From Gaiellaceae bacterium (GTDB lineage: Bacteria; Actinomycetota; Thermoleophilia; Gaiellales; Gaiellaceae), in NCBI GenBank assembly GCA_035639875.1, contig DASQXE010000125.1, positions 1-62,860 on the forward strand: a stretch of DNA of 62,860 bases. The letters run 5' to 3'. Below the pieces are notes generated by a model. It saw only the letters and a program-made list of their open reading frames with translations. It was not told the origin of the DNA and did no database searches. Shown piece by piece: positions 39,701 through 49,114 of this stretch. The first letter of the stretch is position 1, and every line of letters starts with the position of its first letter. The position numbers and the translations under genes are program-made.

Positions 39701-42022
39701 GTGGCGCGCCTCCGCGAGTACGAACGCAAGCGAGACCCCAAGAAGACGCCGGAGCCCTTCGGTGACAGCCGCCGGAGGGGCAAGGAGCCGATCTTCGTCG
39801 TCCAGCGCCACGACGCCCGCCGTCTGCATTACGACTTCCGCCTCGAGCGCGACGGGGCCCTGGCGAGCTGGGCAGTTCCGAAGGGAATCCCACTCGAGCC
39901 CGGGCAGCGAAACCTGGCCGTCCATGTGGAAGACCATCCGCTGGAGTACGCGTCGTTCGAAGGCGAGATTCCGGCCGGCGAATACGGGGCGGGGCAGGTC
40001 GAGATCTGGGATCACGGTACGTACGAGCTCGTGGAAGAGAAGAAGGACGGCGGGCTCACGGTTCGCCTGGCCGGCGACCGGCTCAGAGGAACCTGGGCGT
40101 TGGTGCCCGCGAAGCTCTCCGGGGATGCAAAGAACTGGCTCCTCATCAGAAAGCGGGATGCGGAGACGCCGACGATGGCTCACCGTCGCTATGCCCCGAT
40201 GCTCGCGTCCCTGGCCGAGAAGGTTCCGTCTGGACGCGGATGGCTGTTCGAGGCGAAATGGGACGGCTACCGCACAATCTCCTACGTCCGCAACGGCGAA
40301 GCGGCGTTGCGCACGCGCAAGGACCAGGACTACACGGAACGCTTCGCCGCGGTCGCGCGGGCGATTCCGCGGGCCCTGCGAACCTCCGAGTGCGTGCTCG
40401 ACGGTGAAGTCGTCGCCATCGACGAGCAAGGGCGCGCGAGCTTCTCCGCAATGCAGCAGGGCGGACGCCCGCTCGTCTACTACGTCTTCGATCTGCTCGA
40501 GCTGGAAGGCGAGCCGCTGATCGGGATGCCGCTCACCGAGCGTCGCGAGCGCCTAGAGGAGGTTCTCGACCGGCGCAACAAGACGGTGCAGCTCTCGGAG
40601 GCATTCGAGGATGGTCACGCGCTCGAACGCGCCGCCGTCGAACAGGGGCTCGAGGGAGTGATGGCGAAGCGGGCGGACTCACGCTACGAGCCGGGGCGAC
40701 GGAGCCGCGAGTGGCTGAAGATCAAGCCCGGTCTGCAGCGACAGGAGTTCGTTGTCGTCGGGCACACGCGAGGTCAGGGTCGCCGCAGCGGCTCGATCGG
40801 CGCGCTCATCCTCGCCGTCCGGCGGGGCCGGGATCTGGTCTGGGTCGGAAACGTCGGCACCGGGTTCAGCGACGAGAAGCTGGACGAGCTGATGGAGCTC
40901 CTGCGTCCACTCGAGAGAGAAGCGTCTCCGCTGCCCGCGCCGCCGAAGATGCCCCGCGTTCGCAAGGATGACGTCGTGTGGGCCGAGCCCAAGCTCGTCG
41001 CGGAGGTGGCGTTTGCCGAATGGACGCACGACTCCCATCTGCGCGCGCCGCGGTTTGTCGGCCTGCGGGAGGACAAGGACGCTGAGGAGGTGCGCTCCGA
41101 GCGTCCCATCGAGTCGGAGATAAAGCGCGGCCAACGGCTTCTGCGTCTCTCCAACCTCGACAAGCCGTTCTGGCCGGAGGAGGGGATCACCAAGGGCGAT
41201 CTCATCGCTTACTACCGCGATGTCGCCGGCGTGCTCCTCCCGCACTTGAGGGACCGGCCCTTCACGATGAAGCGCTATCCCGACGGCGCCTTCGGCAAGT
41301 TCTTCTTCCAGAAGGACGCTCCCAAGGGGATGCCGGAGTGGATTCCCACGCGGCCTTTCACGGTCTCCACGCGGGATACCCCCCGGCGCAAACGGCGCAT
41401 CCAGGTGCCGCTCGTCAACGACGAGCTGGCGCTCCTGTGGATGGTCAACATGGGCTGCATCGACATGAACGTCTGGTACTCGCGCGTCGACAAGCCCAAC
41501 CGGCCCGACTTCGTCCTCTTCGACCTCGACCCGTCGCCGGACGTCGGTTTCAAGGAGACGGTGGAGGTCGCGCGCCTGATCAAGGAAGTGCTTGACGCGC
41601 TCGGGCTCGAAGGCTTCCCCAAGACGAGCGGCTCCGACGGGATCCACGTCCTCGTTCCCAACGAGCGTCGCTACACGTACGGCGACACGCGCGAGTTCGC
41701 GGAGATCGTCGCCCGAACGCTCGAGCGCACGCACCACGGCCTCGTCACGACGCAGTGGTCCAAGCAGAAGCGCCGCGGAGTTCTGATCGACGCGAACCAG
41801 AACGGCGAGGGCAAGACCATCGCGTCCGTCTATTCGGTGCGCCCGAGAGAGGGCGCTCCGGTGTCGACGCCGCTCCGGTGGGACGAGGTGACGGATGACC
41901 TCGATCCGCGCGCCTTCACCATGGAGGTCGTCCGCGCTCGGATAGAGCAACAGGGCGACCTGTACGAGCCTGTGCTCACCCTGCGTCAGTCGCTGGGCGC
42001 TGCTCTGCGGTCACTTCGGTGA
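39701..42022 (+). CDS. ligD: Multidomain ATP-dependent DNA ligase LigD (phosphoesterase - ligase - polymerase/primase order)
   Basis: PE domain: FVVQRHDARRLHYDFRLE and WAVPKG. Ligase adenylation lysine: FEAKWDGYR. Pol domain: YPDGAFGKFFFQKD, LFDLDP and KTSGSDGIHV. Confidence 0.93.
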   Translation: MARLREYERKRDPKKTPEPFGDSRRRGKEPIFVVQRHDARRLHYDFRLERDGALASWAVPKGIPLEPGQRNLAVHVEDHPLEYASFEGEIPAGEYGAGQVEIWDHGTYELVEEKKDGGLTVRLAGDRLRGTWALVPAKLSGDAKNWLLIRKRDAETPTMAHRRYAPMLASLAEKVPSGRGWLFEAKWDGYRTISYVRNGEAALRTRKDQDYTERFAAVARAIPRALRTSECVLDGEVVAIDEQGRASFSAMQQGGRPLVYYVFDLLELEGEPLIGMPLTERRERLEEVLDRRNKTVQLSEAFEDGHALERAAVEQGLEGVMAKRADSRYEPGRRSREWLKIKPGLQRQEFVVVGHTRGQGRRSGSIGALILAVRRGRDLVWVGNVGTGFSDEKLDELMELLRPLEREASPLPAPPKMPRVRKDDVVWAEPKLVAEVAFAEWTHDSHLRAPRFVGLREDKDAEEVRSERPIESEIKRGQRLLRLSNLDKPFWPEEGITKGDLIAYYRDVAGVLLPHLRDRPFTMKRYPDGAFGKFFFQKDAPKGMPEWIPTRPFTVSTRDTPRRKRRIQVPLVNDELALLWMVNMGCIDMNVWYSRVDKPNRPDFVLFDLDPSPDVGFKETVEVARLIKEVLDALGLEGFPKTSGSDGIHVLVPNERRYTYGDTREFAEIVARTLERTHHGLVTTQWSKQKRRGVLIDANQNGEGKTIASVYSVRPREGAPVSTPLRWDEVTDDLDPRAFTMEVVRARIEQQGDLYEPVLTLRQSLGAALRSLR

Positions 42023-42779
42023 GCCGGTAGACGAAGCGCTCGCCGACCGGGTCGAATCCCAGCCGCCCGTACAGCTCCTTGGGCCAGTCCCTCGCGTCCG
42101 CGACGAGAAAGACGAAGTCGTGGCCCGCGGCGCGCGCCTCGTCGAGTGCCCGGAGGACGACGGCGCTCGCGTACCCACGGCCTCGGTGCTGCGGGAGGGT
42201 GGCCACGTCCTCGATCTGGGCGGTACGGCCGTCCGAATAGAGGTTCGTCGAGCTGACGACGACGCCGTCGACGACGACGGCGAAGTACCGGGCACGGCCC
42301 GCCTGGCCGTACCGGCGCTCCGCTTCCATGATCTGGCGGGCGGCCTCCTGCTCCAGATCGGGCAGCCATTCTGCGAGGATCGTGCGCCGCAACGCAGTGA
42401 GCGCGTCGGATTCGACCTCGACGACGTGGGCTATGTTCGCCTGGCGCGACGGGTCGCGGCGCGAGACCATGAAGACGAAGTGATCGGTCTTCCAGCCGGC
42501 CGCGGTCAGCGGGTCCTCGAGGCGGCGGCCCAGCTCGGCGTCGGTGATGAGCAGGCGGCGGTGATTCAGCCCTGCCTCACCGAGAAGCCGTTCGGCCTCG
42601 GCGATCAGCTCGTCCGCTTCCGCGTCGGCGGTCTCCACGCGCAGGAGGTTGACCGACCAGACGCGCGGGAGGGTGTCCGTCAGGAGCGCCGTTCCGAAGC
42701 GAGACGGAACGACGCGCTCGATGCACGCGTCGCGGAGACTGTCCTCGAACGCCGCCGCTCGCTCGAAGTCACTCTTCAT
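41976..42779 (-). CDS. GNAT family N-acetyltransferase (two-domain)
   Basis: C-terminal acetyl-CoA motif LPQHRGRGYASAVV. The 3' end overlaps the convergent ligD by 47 nt. Confidence 0.75.
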   Translation of the reverse strand: MKSDFERAAAFEDSLRDACIERVVPSRFGTALLTDTLPRVWSVNLLRVETADAEADELIAEAERLLGEAGLNHRRLLITDAELGRRLEDPLTAAGWKTDHFVFMVSRRDPSRQANIAHVVEVESDALTALRRTILAEWLPDLEQEAARQIMEAERRYGQAGRARYFAVVVDGVVVSSTNLYSDGRTAQIEDVATLPQHRGRGYASAVVLRALDEARAAGHDFVFLVADARDWPKELYGRLGFDPVGERFVYRLTEVTAEQRPATDAG

Positions 42780-44031
42780 CGCGCAGCGGCGCCGGGTGGC
42801 CGAGCATGCCGAGTTCGGCGATGTCCCGCCGGAAGAAGAGCGCGACCGTCCAGTCCGTGACCACGCGCAGCTTCCTGGTCAGAAGCGGCAGCTGGTACAG
42901 GTGGTACGTCCGGGTTACGAACCAGCCGAGGAAGCCTCGCAGACGGAGGCTGAGCACCTCGGCTATGCCCTTGTGCCGCCCGAGCGTGGCGACCTGGCCC
43001 AGCATGCGGTAGTGGTACGGGCGCGGAGGCCCCGTGAGGTTCCTCGCCAGACGCCGGGCCTGCCGGAGAGCGTGCTGGCAGGTGGGCGGATCGAAATGGC
43101 CCGGCGTTGCCTGGTTCGGGACGCGCGCGCAGTCTCCGAGCGCCCAGACGCCGTCCATGCCCTCAACCCGGAAAGTCGGGTCGACCATCACTCGGCCGCG
43201 CTCGTCGAGCGGCAGGCCCAGCCTGGCGAGCAGCGGATTCGCTTTCACCCCGGCCGTCCAGACGAGCGTCTCGGTCTCGAGACGGGTTCCGTCCGACAGG
43301 GCGACGGCGTGCTCCTCGACGGATTCGAGGGTGGTCGAGACGCGGATGTCGACGCCCCGCTTCCAAAGCTCCTGAGCGGCGTAGTCGCCGAGCCGAGCAG
43401 GGATCTCGGGGAGAATCTTCGGCGCCGCGTCCACGAGCACCCAGCGCTGGCGCATGCCTTTCAGGCGCGGGTAATAGCGAACCGTGTCGCGGAGCAGGTC
43501 GGAGAGCTCGGCGAGCGCCTCCACCCCTGCATAGCCGGCTCCGACGAACACGAAGCTGAGGTGGCGTTTAGCGTCCTCGGGCGAGAGCGACGCGTCCGCC
43601 AGTTCGAGCTGACGGAGCACGTGGTTTCTCAGGTGGATCGCGTCGGCGAGGCCCTTGAAGCCGAGTCCGTACTCGGCGAGGCCCGGGATCGGCAGGGTGC
43701 GCGCGACCGCACCGAGCGCGAGCACGAGGGACTCGTAGTGGACCTCGGCGGGCCCGACCTCGCTCTCGATCTCGACCACGCGGGCAGCGGCGTCGAGCGA
43801 GACGGCTCGCCCGAGGATGAGCTCCGCGTGCCGGCACATGAGCCGGAGCGGCACGACGACGTGTCGCGGCTCGAGCGTCCCCGAGGCCGCCTCGGGAAGC
43901 ATCGGCGTGTACAGCATGAAGTTCTCGCGGCTGACGATCGTCGCGCCTCGCTTCCCGAGCAGGCGCGCGACGTAACTCCCTGCAAACCCACCGCCCAGTA
44001 TGAGGGTCCCGCCGACCGCGTCACGTCGCAA
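42769..44031 (-). CDS. ndh: Type II NADH:quinone oxidoreductase (NDH-2)
   Basis: TTG 44031 preceded by GGAGA. Motifs: LILGGGFAGSY and FVGAGYAGVE. The upstream 79 codons of the track ORF are Arg/Pro-rich and overlap the plus-strand gene at 44088. Confidence 0.88.
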   Translation of the reverse strand: MRRDAVGGTLILGGGFAGSYVARLLGKRGATIVSRENFMLYTPMLPEAASGTLEPRHVVVPLRLMCRHAELILGRAVSLDAAARVVEIESEVGPAEVHYESLVLALGAVARTLPIPGLAEYGLGFKGLADAIHLRNHVLRQLELADASLSPEDAKRHLSFVFVGAGYAGVEALAELSDLLRDTVRYYPRLKGMRQRWVLVDAAPKILPEIPARLGDYAAQELWKRGVDIRVSTTLESVEEHAVALSDGTRLETETLVWTAGVKANPLLARLGLPLDERGRVMVDPTFRVEGMDGVWALGDCARVPNQATPGHFDPPTCQHALRQARRLARNLTGPPRPYHYRMLGQVATLGRHKGIAEVLSLRLRGFLGWFVTRTYHLYQLPLLTRKLRVVTDWTVALFFRRDIAELGMLGHPAPLRDEE

Positions 44032-44087
44032 TCCGTTGTCTCCGTTTCGTCGTAGCCGAGGGCGAAACGACTCGAGGGGAGGGTGAC

Positions 44088-44348
44088 ATGAAACGGATGC
44101 TCGCGCTCGGCGCTGCAATTGTCGCTCTGGCGGCGCCTGCTTCGGCGCCGGCCTTCCATCACGTCTTCCTGCCGGGTGGCCCGTGTGGGACGTCCGCCAA
44201 CTCGGGCGGGAACAACCCGACGGCCCGCGATGCGCTGATCGCGGCAGGCCAGAGCCTGCCACTTCCACCGGTGGGCACGCCGGCTGTCGAGCGCAGCGAC
44301 GAGATCACCGGAACACCGACTGCGACCTGCCCGGCACCGAGCAAGTAA
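44088..44348 (+). CDS. Small secreted hypothetical protein (86 aa, two Cys)
   Basis: Strong Shine-Dalgarno (GGGGAGGG, 4 nt, ATG). Signal peptide MKRMLALGAAIVALAAPASA. Followed by a strong terminator hairpin. Confidence 0.6.
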   Translation: MKRMLALGAAIVALAAPASAPAFHHVFLPGGPCGTSANSGGNNPTARDALIAAGQSLPLPPVGTPAVERSDEITGTPTATCPAPSK

Positions 44349-44371
44349 CCAAGCATCGCTGGGACACGCGC

Positions 44372-44398
44372 GAAAGGGCCGGCCTGTCCGGCCCTTTC
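44372..44398 (+). terminator. Intrinsic terminator-like hairpin
   Basis: GAAAGGGCCGG - cctgt - CCGGCCCTTTC, a perfect 11-bp stem, followed by GCTTTCC. Confidence 0.6.
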
Positions 44399-44413
44399 GC
44401 TTTCCTCGGGAAC

Positions 44414-44869
44414 GTGCAGGTGTCCGTCATCGGGAGCGGAGCGGAGCACGAGCCGCGCGCGGAACGCGTTGGGCGGCTGCTCGCCGAAGCGGGCTGTGTC
44501 GTCGTCTGCGGCGGGCTCGGCGAGGTGATGGCCGCCGCGGCGCGCGGCGCGAAGGCGGGCGGCGGGACGACCGTCGGCATCCTTCCCGGCGAGTCGCGCG
44601 CCGACGCGAACGAATGGATCGACCACGTCGTAGTGACGGGAATCGGGCACGCGCGCAATCTCGCGGTCGTCGCCTCCGGGGACGCCGTGATCGCGATCGG
44701 GGGCCGGTGGGGTACGCTCGCCGAGATCGGTTTCGCGCGCGTTCTCGGCCGGCCCGTCGTCATCCTCGAGCCTGGGTGGGAAGTGGAAGGCGACGGCGTC
44801 GAACGGGCCGCGAGCCCAGAGGAAGCGGTCGAGCTCGCACTACGCCTGGCCGGCGAGCATCCGGCGTAG
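44414..44869 (+). CDS. LOG/TIGR00725-family (SLOG-fold, lysine-decarboxylase-like) protein
   Basis: GTG 44414 (VQVSVIGSG...). Motifs: VVCGGLGEVMAAAARGA and IGGRWGTLAE (PGGxGTxxE-like). Confidence 0.75.
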   Translation: MQVSVIGSGAEHEPRAERVGRLLAEAGCVVVCGGLGEVMAAAARGAKAGGGTTVGILPGESRADANEWIDHVVVTGIGHARNLAVVASGDAVIAIGGRWGTLAEIGFARVLGRPVVILEPGWEVEGDGVERAASPEEAVELALRLAGEHPA

Positions 44870-47092
44870 CAGCATCAGCGCACCCGCCTTGTCGAGGAAC
44901 TCGTTCAAGTTCCCGCACTTAGGGGACTGAACGCAGGAGGGACAACCGCTCTCGCACGGACAGCCCGCGAGTAGGCGCTCGGTGTCCGCCACCCATCCCT
45001 CGAACTGGTCGAAACCGCGCCTGGCGATTCCGACACCGCCCGCGTGACCGTCATAGATGAAAACCGTGGGGCGGCCTGTCTGGAAGTGGAGGTTTGTGGA
45101 GAGGCCGCCGATGTCCCAGCGGTCGCACATCGCCCAGAGCGGGAGCAGCGCGATCATCGAGTGCTCCGCGGCGTGCAGCGAGCCGAGCAGGCGCGGGAGG
45201 TCGTCCAGGCCTTCCAGCATCCACGGCTCGGGTAGATACCAGACGGCCTCGGTTTCAAACGTTGTCTCGGGCAGGTCGAGTGGGACGAGATCCAGAGTCG
45301 CCTGGTCGCGGATCGCCTTCTTCTGGTAGGCCACGACCTGCTCGGTCACACTCACGGTTCCGAACGAGACCTCTATCCCGAGGCGCTGCTCGACGACGTA
45401 CGGCCGCTCGATGGCGGTGGTCGTCTCCTTCTTGACCTGTGTGTAGTAGTCGCCCTGGAACGCCTCCACGAGGGCGGTCCGCGCTTCGAGATCGAGCCCG
45501 AGCACGCGATACGTCTGCCCTAGATGGAGGTAGACGGCGCCTTCGTGAACCGTGGAGTACGCGCGCTCGCGCTCGACGACGCCGAGCACCGAGCCGGTGG
45601 CGACGTCGACGACCGAGAAGGCATCCGGCGTCGTCGACCTGAGCGAGAAGCGGGCAGCCGGGTACTCCCGCCCGGCCCACACGTAGCCGGCCTTAGTGCG
45701 CTTCAGCTCGCCTGCGTCCGCGAGCGTCTCCGCGCGCTCGAGGGCCTCGGCCCCGAGGAAGGGCGCATCGCGGTCGTCGAGCGGAGCCTCGAAGGCGGCC
45801 GAGCGAACGTGGCCGTCGAGGACGCGCGGGTTCGCGTGGTCGAGGATGGCAGCCTCGACGCGGCGGCCCAGGAGCGACTCGGGCTCGCGCATGAAGAACT
45901 GGTCGAGTGCATCCTCGCTCGCCACGAGCAGGGCGAGGCCGCGCGCTCGCCTGCCCGCGCGCCCCCACTGCTGGCGCAGGCTTGCAACCGTTCCCGGGAA
46001 ACCGACCGAGATGGCGCAATCGAGCAGCCCGATGTCGATGCCCAGCTCGAGGGCGTCGGTCGCCGTCACGCCGAGGAGCTCTCCTGCGACGAGACGCCGT
46101 TCGATGTCGCGCCGCTGCGCAGGCGTGTAACCCGCGCGGTAGGGCGAGAGCCGCTCCGCCAGATCGGGGCCGACGCGCTCCGCCGCGAAGCGGTGAATGA
46201 GCTCCGCGGCCTTGCGCGACTTGGCGAAGCAGATCGTTCGGAGGTCACGCGAGACGAGCTCGGCCAGGAGCCGCGCGCCTTCCCCGAGCGGGCTCGCGCG
46301 CAATTGAAGCGCCTCGTCGACGAGCGGCGGATTCCAGAAGGCGACCGTACGAGCCGCTCGCGGAGCGGAGTCGTCCTCGATCACCGTCGCCTCGAGGCCA
46401 AGCAGCGATCGCGTGAGCTCGCCTGGATTGGCGATCGTCGCCGACGCGAGCAGGAACTGAGGCTCGGCTCCGTAGATCGAGGCAGCCCGGCGCAGGCGTC
46501 GAAGCACGTTGCCGACGTGAGATCCGAAGACGCCGCGGTACACGTGGGCCTCGTCGACGATGATGTAGCGGAGGTTCTGCAACACGTCGCCCCAGCGGTC
46601 GTGATGCGGTAGGACGCCAACGTGGAGCATGTCCGGGTTCGTGAGGATGACATTCGCCCATTTGCGGATCTGCCAGCGGCGCTCGGCTTCCGTATCGCCG
46701 TCGTAGATGGCCGGGCGGAGGCGCGGCAGGCGGAAGGCGGACAGGGCGCGCGCTTGGTCCTGCGCAAGTGCCTTCGTCGGGTAGAGGTAGAGGGCGCGGA
46801 GCTTTGGCTCGGCGGCGAGCGCGTCCAGGACCGGGAGGTTGAACGCCAGCGTCTTGCCGCTCGCGGTGCCGGTCGAGATGACGACGTTCTTACCCCGTCC
46901 CGCGGCCTCGTAGGCCTCGAGCTGATGCCGGTAGAGCCCGGTCAGGCCGGCGGCCTCGAGTGCGTTTCGCACCCGCGGGTGGAGGTCGGCGGGAAGCGGG
47001 AGGATCTCCGGCTCGCGAGCGGGAACCTCCGTCAGATAGGCCAGCTCTTCGCCCGCGAGGAGCTCGTCCCAGGACGCCGTGACGGTCGCCAT
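44840..47092 (-). CDS. DEAD/DEAH-box helicase with C-terminal DUF1998 zinc module (YprA/MrfA-like)
   Basis: ATG 47092 (MATVTASWDELL). Walker A STGTASGKTLAF, DEAH box VDEAHVYRG, and C-terminal CPCESGCPSCVQSPKCGN. The upstream 185 codons of the track ORF are rejected. Confidence 0.88.
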   Translation of the reverse strand: MATVTASWDELLAGEELAYLTEVPAREPEILPLPADLHPRVRNALEAAGLTGLYRHQLEAYEAAGRGKNVVISTGTASGKTLAFNLPVLDALAAEPKLRALYLYPTKALAQDQARALSAFRLPRLRPAIYDGDTEAERRWQIRKWANVILTNPDMLHVGVLPHHDRWGDVLQNLRYIIVDEAHVYRGVFGSHVGNVLRRLRRAASIYGAEPQFLLASATIANPGELTRSLLGLEATVIEDDSAPRAARTVAFWNPPLVDEALQLRASPLGEGARLLAELVSRDLRTICFAKSRKAAELIHRFAAERVGPDLAERLSPYRAGYTPAQRRDIERRLVAGELLGVTATDALELGIDIGLLDCAISVGFPGTVASLRQQWGRAGRRARGLALLVASEDALDQFFMREPESLLGRRVEAAILDHANPRVLDGHVRSAAFEAPLDDRDAPFLGAEALERAETLADAGELKRTKAGYVWAGREYPAARFSLRSTTPDAFSVVDVATGSVLGVVERERAYSTVHEGAVYLHLGQTYRVLGLDLEARTALVEAFQGDYYTQVKKETTTAIERPYVVEQRLGIEVSFGTVSVTEQVVAYQKKAIRDQATLDLVPLDLPETTFETEAVWYLPEPWMLEGLDDLPRLLGSLHAAEHSMIALLPLWAMCDRWDIGGLSTNLHFQTGRPTVFIYDGHAGGVGIARRGFDQFEGWVADTERLLAGCPCESGCPSCVQSPKCGNLNEFLDKAGALMLLRRMLAGQA

Positions 47093-47927
47093 GGAATCCG
47101 ATGCTAGCCTCACCTGCGGTGATCTCCAGGTGATTCCTCGCTGTCTCACGATCGCCACGTCGGACTCGGGTGGGGGGGCCGGCATCCAGGCCGACCTGAA
47201 GGCGTTCGCCCGGCTCGGTTGCCACGGGATGAGCGCGATCGTGGCGCTTACGGCGCAGTCCACGACGGAGGTTCTCGCCGTCCACGAGGCGCCGCCTGAC
47301 TTCATCCGGGCGGAGCTGGACGTGCTGTTCGCGGACATCGGCGTCGACGCCGCCAAGACCGGCATGCTCTTCAGCGCTCCGATCATCGGGACCGTGGCCG
47401 ATTTCCTCGAGCTGGAGCCCGTACCGCTCGTCGTCGATCCGGTCATGGTGGCCGCGTCGGGCGCGCAGCTCCTGCAGGACGACGCCGTCTCCGTGCTCGT
47501 CGAGCGTCTCTTTCCGCTGGCGACCGTGGTCACTCCCAACCTGCACGAGGCGTGCGCGCTCGCGGGAGTCCCGTATTCCGACGCGGCGAACCGCGAGGAG
47601 CTGGCTGAGCGCATCCACGGGCTGGGTGCCGCAGCCGTTGTCGTCACGGGCGGGCACGGAACCGAAGCCGTCGACTGGCTCTACGACGGCGAGCGCCACG
47701 TGCCGATCGCTGTGGACCGCCACGGGGACCAGGCAACCCACGGAGCGGGTTGCACCCACTCGGCGGCGTTGACTGCATTTCTCGCGCGCGGCGAGAGTCT
47801 CGAGGACGCGACGCGGGGCGCGGCTCGGGTCGCCTCCGAAGCGGTTCGGTTCGGCCTCGCTGACCTCGGCGTCGGCTCGGGACCTGTCGACGTCTTCGGG
47901 CTCGATGCGGCTGTCAGACCTCGGTGA
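47091..47927 (+). CDS. thiD: Hydroxymethylpyrimidine/phosphomethylpyrimidine kinase ThiD
   Basis: LTIATSDSGGGAGIQADLKAF. The start is ambiguous (GTG 47079, ATG 47091 or GTG 47130). Confidence 0.88.
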   Translation: MESDASLTCGDLQVIPRCLTIATSDSGGGAGIQADLKAFARLGCHGMSAIVALTAQSTTEVLAVHEAPPDFIRAELDVLFADIGVDAAKTGMLFSAPIIGTVADFLELEPVPLVVDPVMVAASGAQLLQDDAVSVLVERLFPLATVVTPNLHEACALAGVPYSDAANREELAERIHGLGAAAVVVTGGHGTEAVDWLYDGERHVPIAVDRHGDQATHGAGCTHSAALTAFLARGESLEDATRGAARVASEAVRFGLADLGVGSGPVDVFGLDAAVRPR

Positions 47928-48780
47928 GCTCGCGCTCCTCGCGGAGCTCGAGCGGCGCGGACTCATCTCCGGCCTTGACGCCGAGGGCGCCGTCTTGCCG
48001 GATGGGCGCGTCGTCACGCAGGACACGGTCGTCGAGGGCATCCACTTTCCAGTCGAGTGGGATGCCTGGCGCGAGCTCGGCTACAAGGCGGCTGCGATCA
48101 ACCTGAGCGACCTCGCGGCGATGGGCGCCGAGCCGGAGGGCTTGGTCGTGACGATCGCGCTTCCAGACGAGGTGTGTGCCGAGGCCGTGGCGGATCTCTA
48201 CGTTGGCCTCAACGAGCCCGGCGTGCCGGTCCTCGCCGGCGACACCACCTCGGCCTCGCAAACGGTGATCACCGTCACCGCGCTCGGGCGAAGCGACCGC
48301 GTCCCCGGTCGCGCGGGAGCTCGGCCCGGCGACCACGTCGTCGTCACTGGACCGCTTGGAGGGGCTGCCGCCGGCTTCTACGCCATGCAGCACGAGCTCG
48401 GCGGCTTCGAGGAGCTCGTCGAGCGCCAGAAACGGCCGGTCTTTCGGCTCGAGGAAGGGCGGCGGCTCGCGCAGTCGGCCCACGCGATGATCGACATCTC
48501 GGACGGGATCCTGCGGGACGCGGGGCGGATCGCGGCGCGCTCGGGTGTCCGGATCGTCATCGACCCGAAGGCCGTTCCACTCGCGCCGCGGGTCGCCGAG
48601 GTCGCCGACGTGCCCTTCTGGAAGCTCGGTGACGACTACGAGCTCCTCGCCGTCCTCACGCCGAACGACGCCGCCGCGAGCGGGTTCCCGGTCGTTGGAC
48701 GCGTCGAGGAAGGCTCGGGCGTAGAGCCCACAGACCTCTTCGGCTGGGACGCCTACCGCCGGCCGCTAAGCAGCGGCTGA
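47905..48780 (+). CDS. thiL: Thiamine-monophosphate kinase ThiL
   Basis: LGELALLAEL, QDTVVEGIHF and AINLSDLAAMGA. 23-nt overlap with thiD. Confidence 0.88.
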   Translation: MRLSDLGELALLAELERRGLISGLDAEGAVLPDGRVVTQDTVVEGIHFPVEWDAWRELGYKAAAINLSDLAAMGAEPEGLVVTIALPDEVCAEAVADLYVGLNEPGVPVLAGDTTSASQTVITVTALGRSDRVPGRAGARPGDHVVVTGPLGGAAAGFYAMQHELGGFEELVERQKRPVFRLEEGRRLAQSAHAMIDISDGILRDAGRIAARSGVRIVIDPKAVPLAPRVAEVADVPFWKLGDDYELLAVLTPNDAAASGFPVVGRVEEGSGVEPTDLFGWDAYRRPLSSG

Positions 48781-49095
48781 GAGCCAGCGCTGCCAGGCGC
48801 TCTCGTAGTGGCTCTTCGACCGCGCGCCGATCACGATCTCCTGCGGCTCGCCGCCCTCGAAAAGGATCACCGTCGGAATGGAGAGGACGTTGTAGCGCGT
48901 CGCCGTCATTGGGTTGTCGTCCACGTTCAGCTTGACGAAGCCGACGCGGTCCCCGTGCTGGCCCGCGAGGTCGTCGATGATGGGGCTGACCACGCGGCAG
49001 GGGCCGCACCAAGGCGCCCAGAAATCGACCACCACCGGCCGGTCGGACCGGATCACTTCCTGCTCGAAGTTCGCGTCCGAGACTTCGCTGACCAC
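48766..49095 (-). CDS. trxA: Thioredoxin
   Basis: WAPWCGPC, 109 aa. Confidence 0.95.
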   Translation of the reverse strand: MVSEVSDANFEQEVIRSDRPVVVDFWAPWCGPCRVVSPIIDDLAGQHGDRVGFVKLNVDDNPMTATRYNVLSIPTVILFEGGEPQEIVIGARSKSHYESAWQRWLSAAA

Positions 49096-49114
49096 GGCTC
49101 CACTATAGCCAGGG

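Noticed and set aside
41435-41443. A third exact copy of CATCCACAG (reverse strand) inside ligD, and TTCCACAG inside fabD (about 33852).
   Set aside because: These lie within coding sequence (Leu-Trp-Met codons). A single 9-mer match is expected by chance at about this window size.
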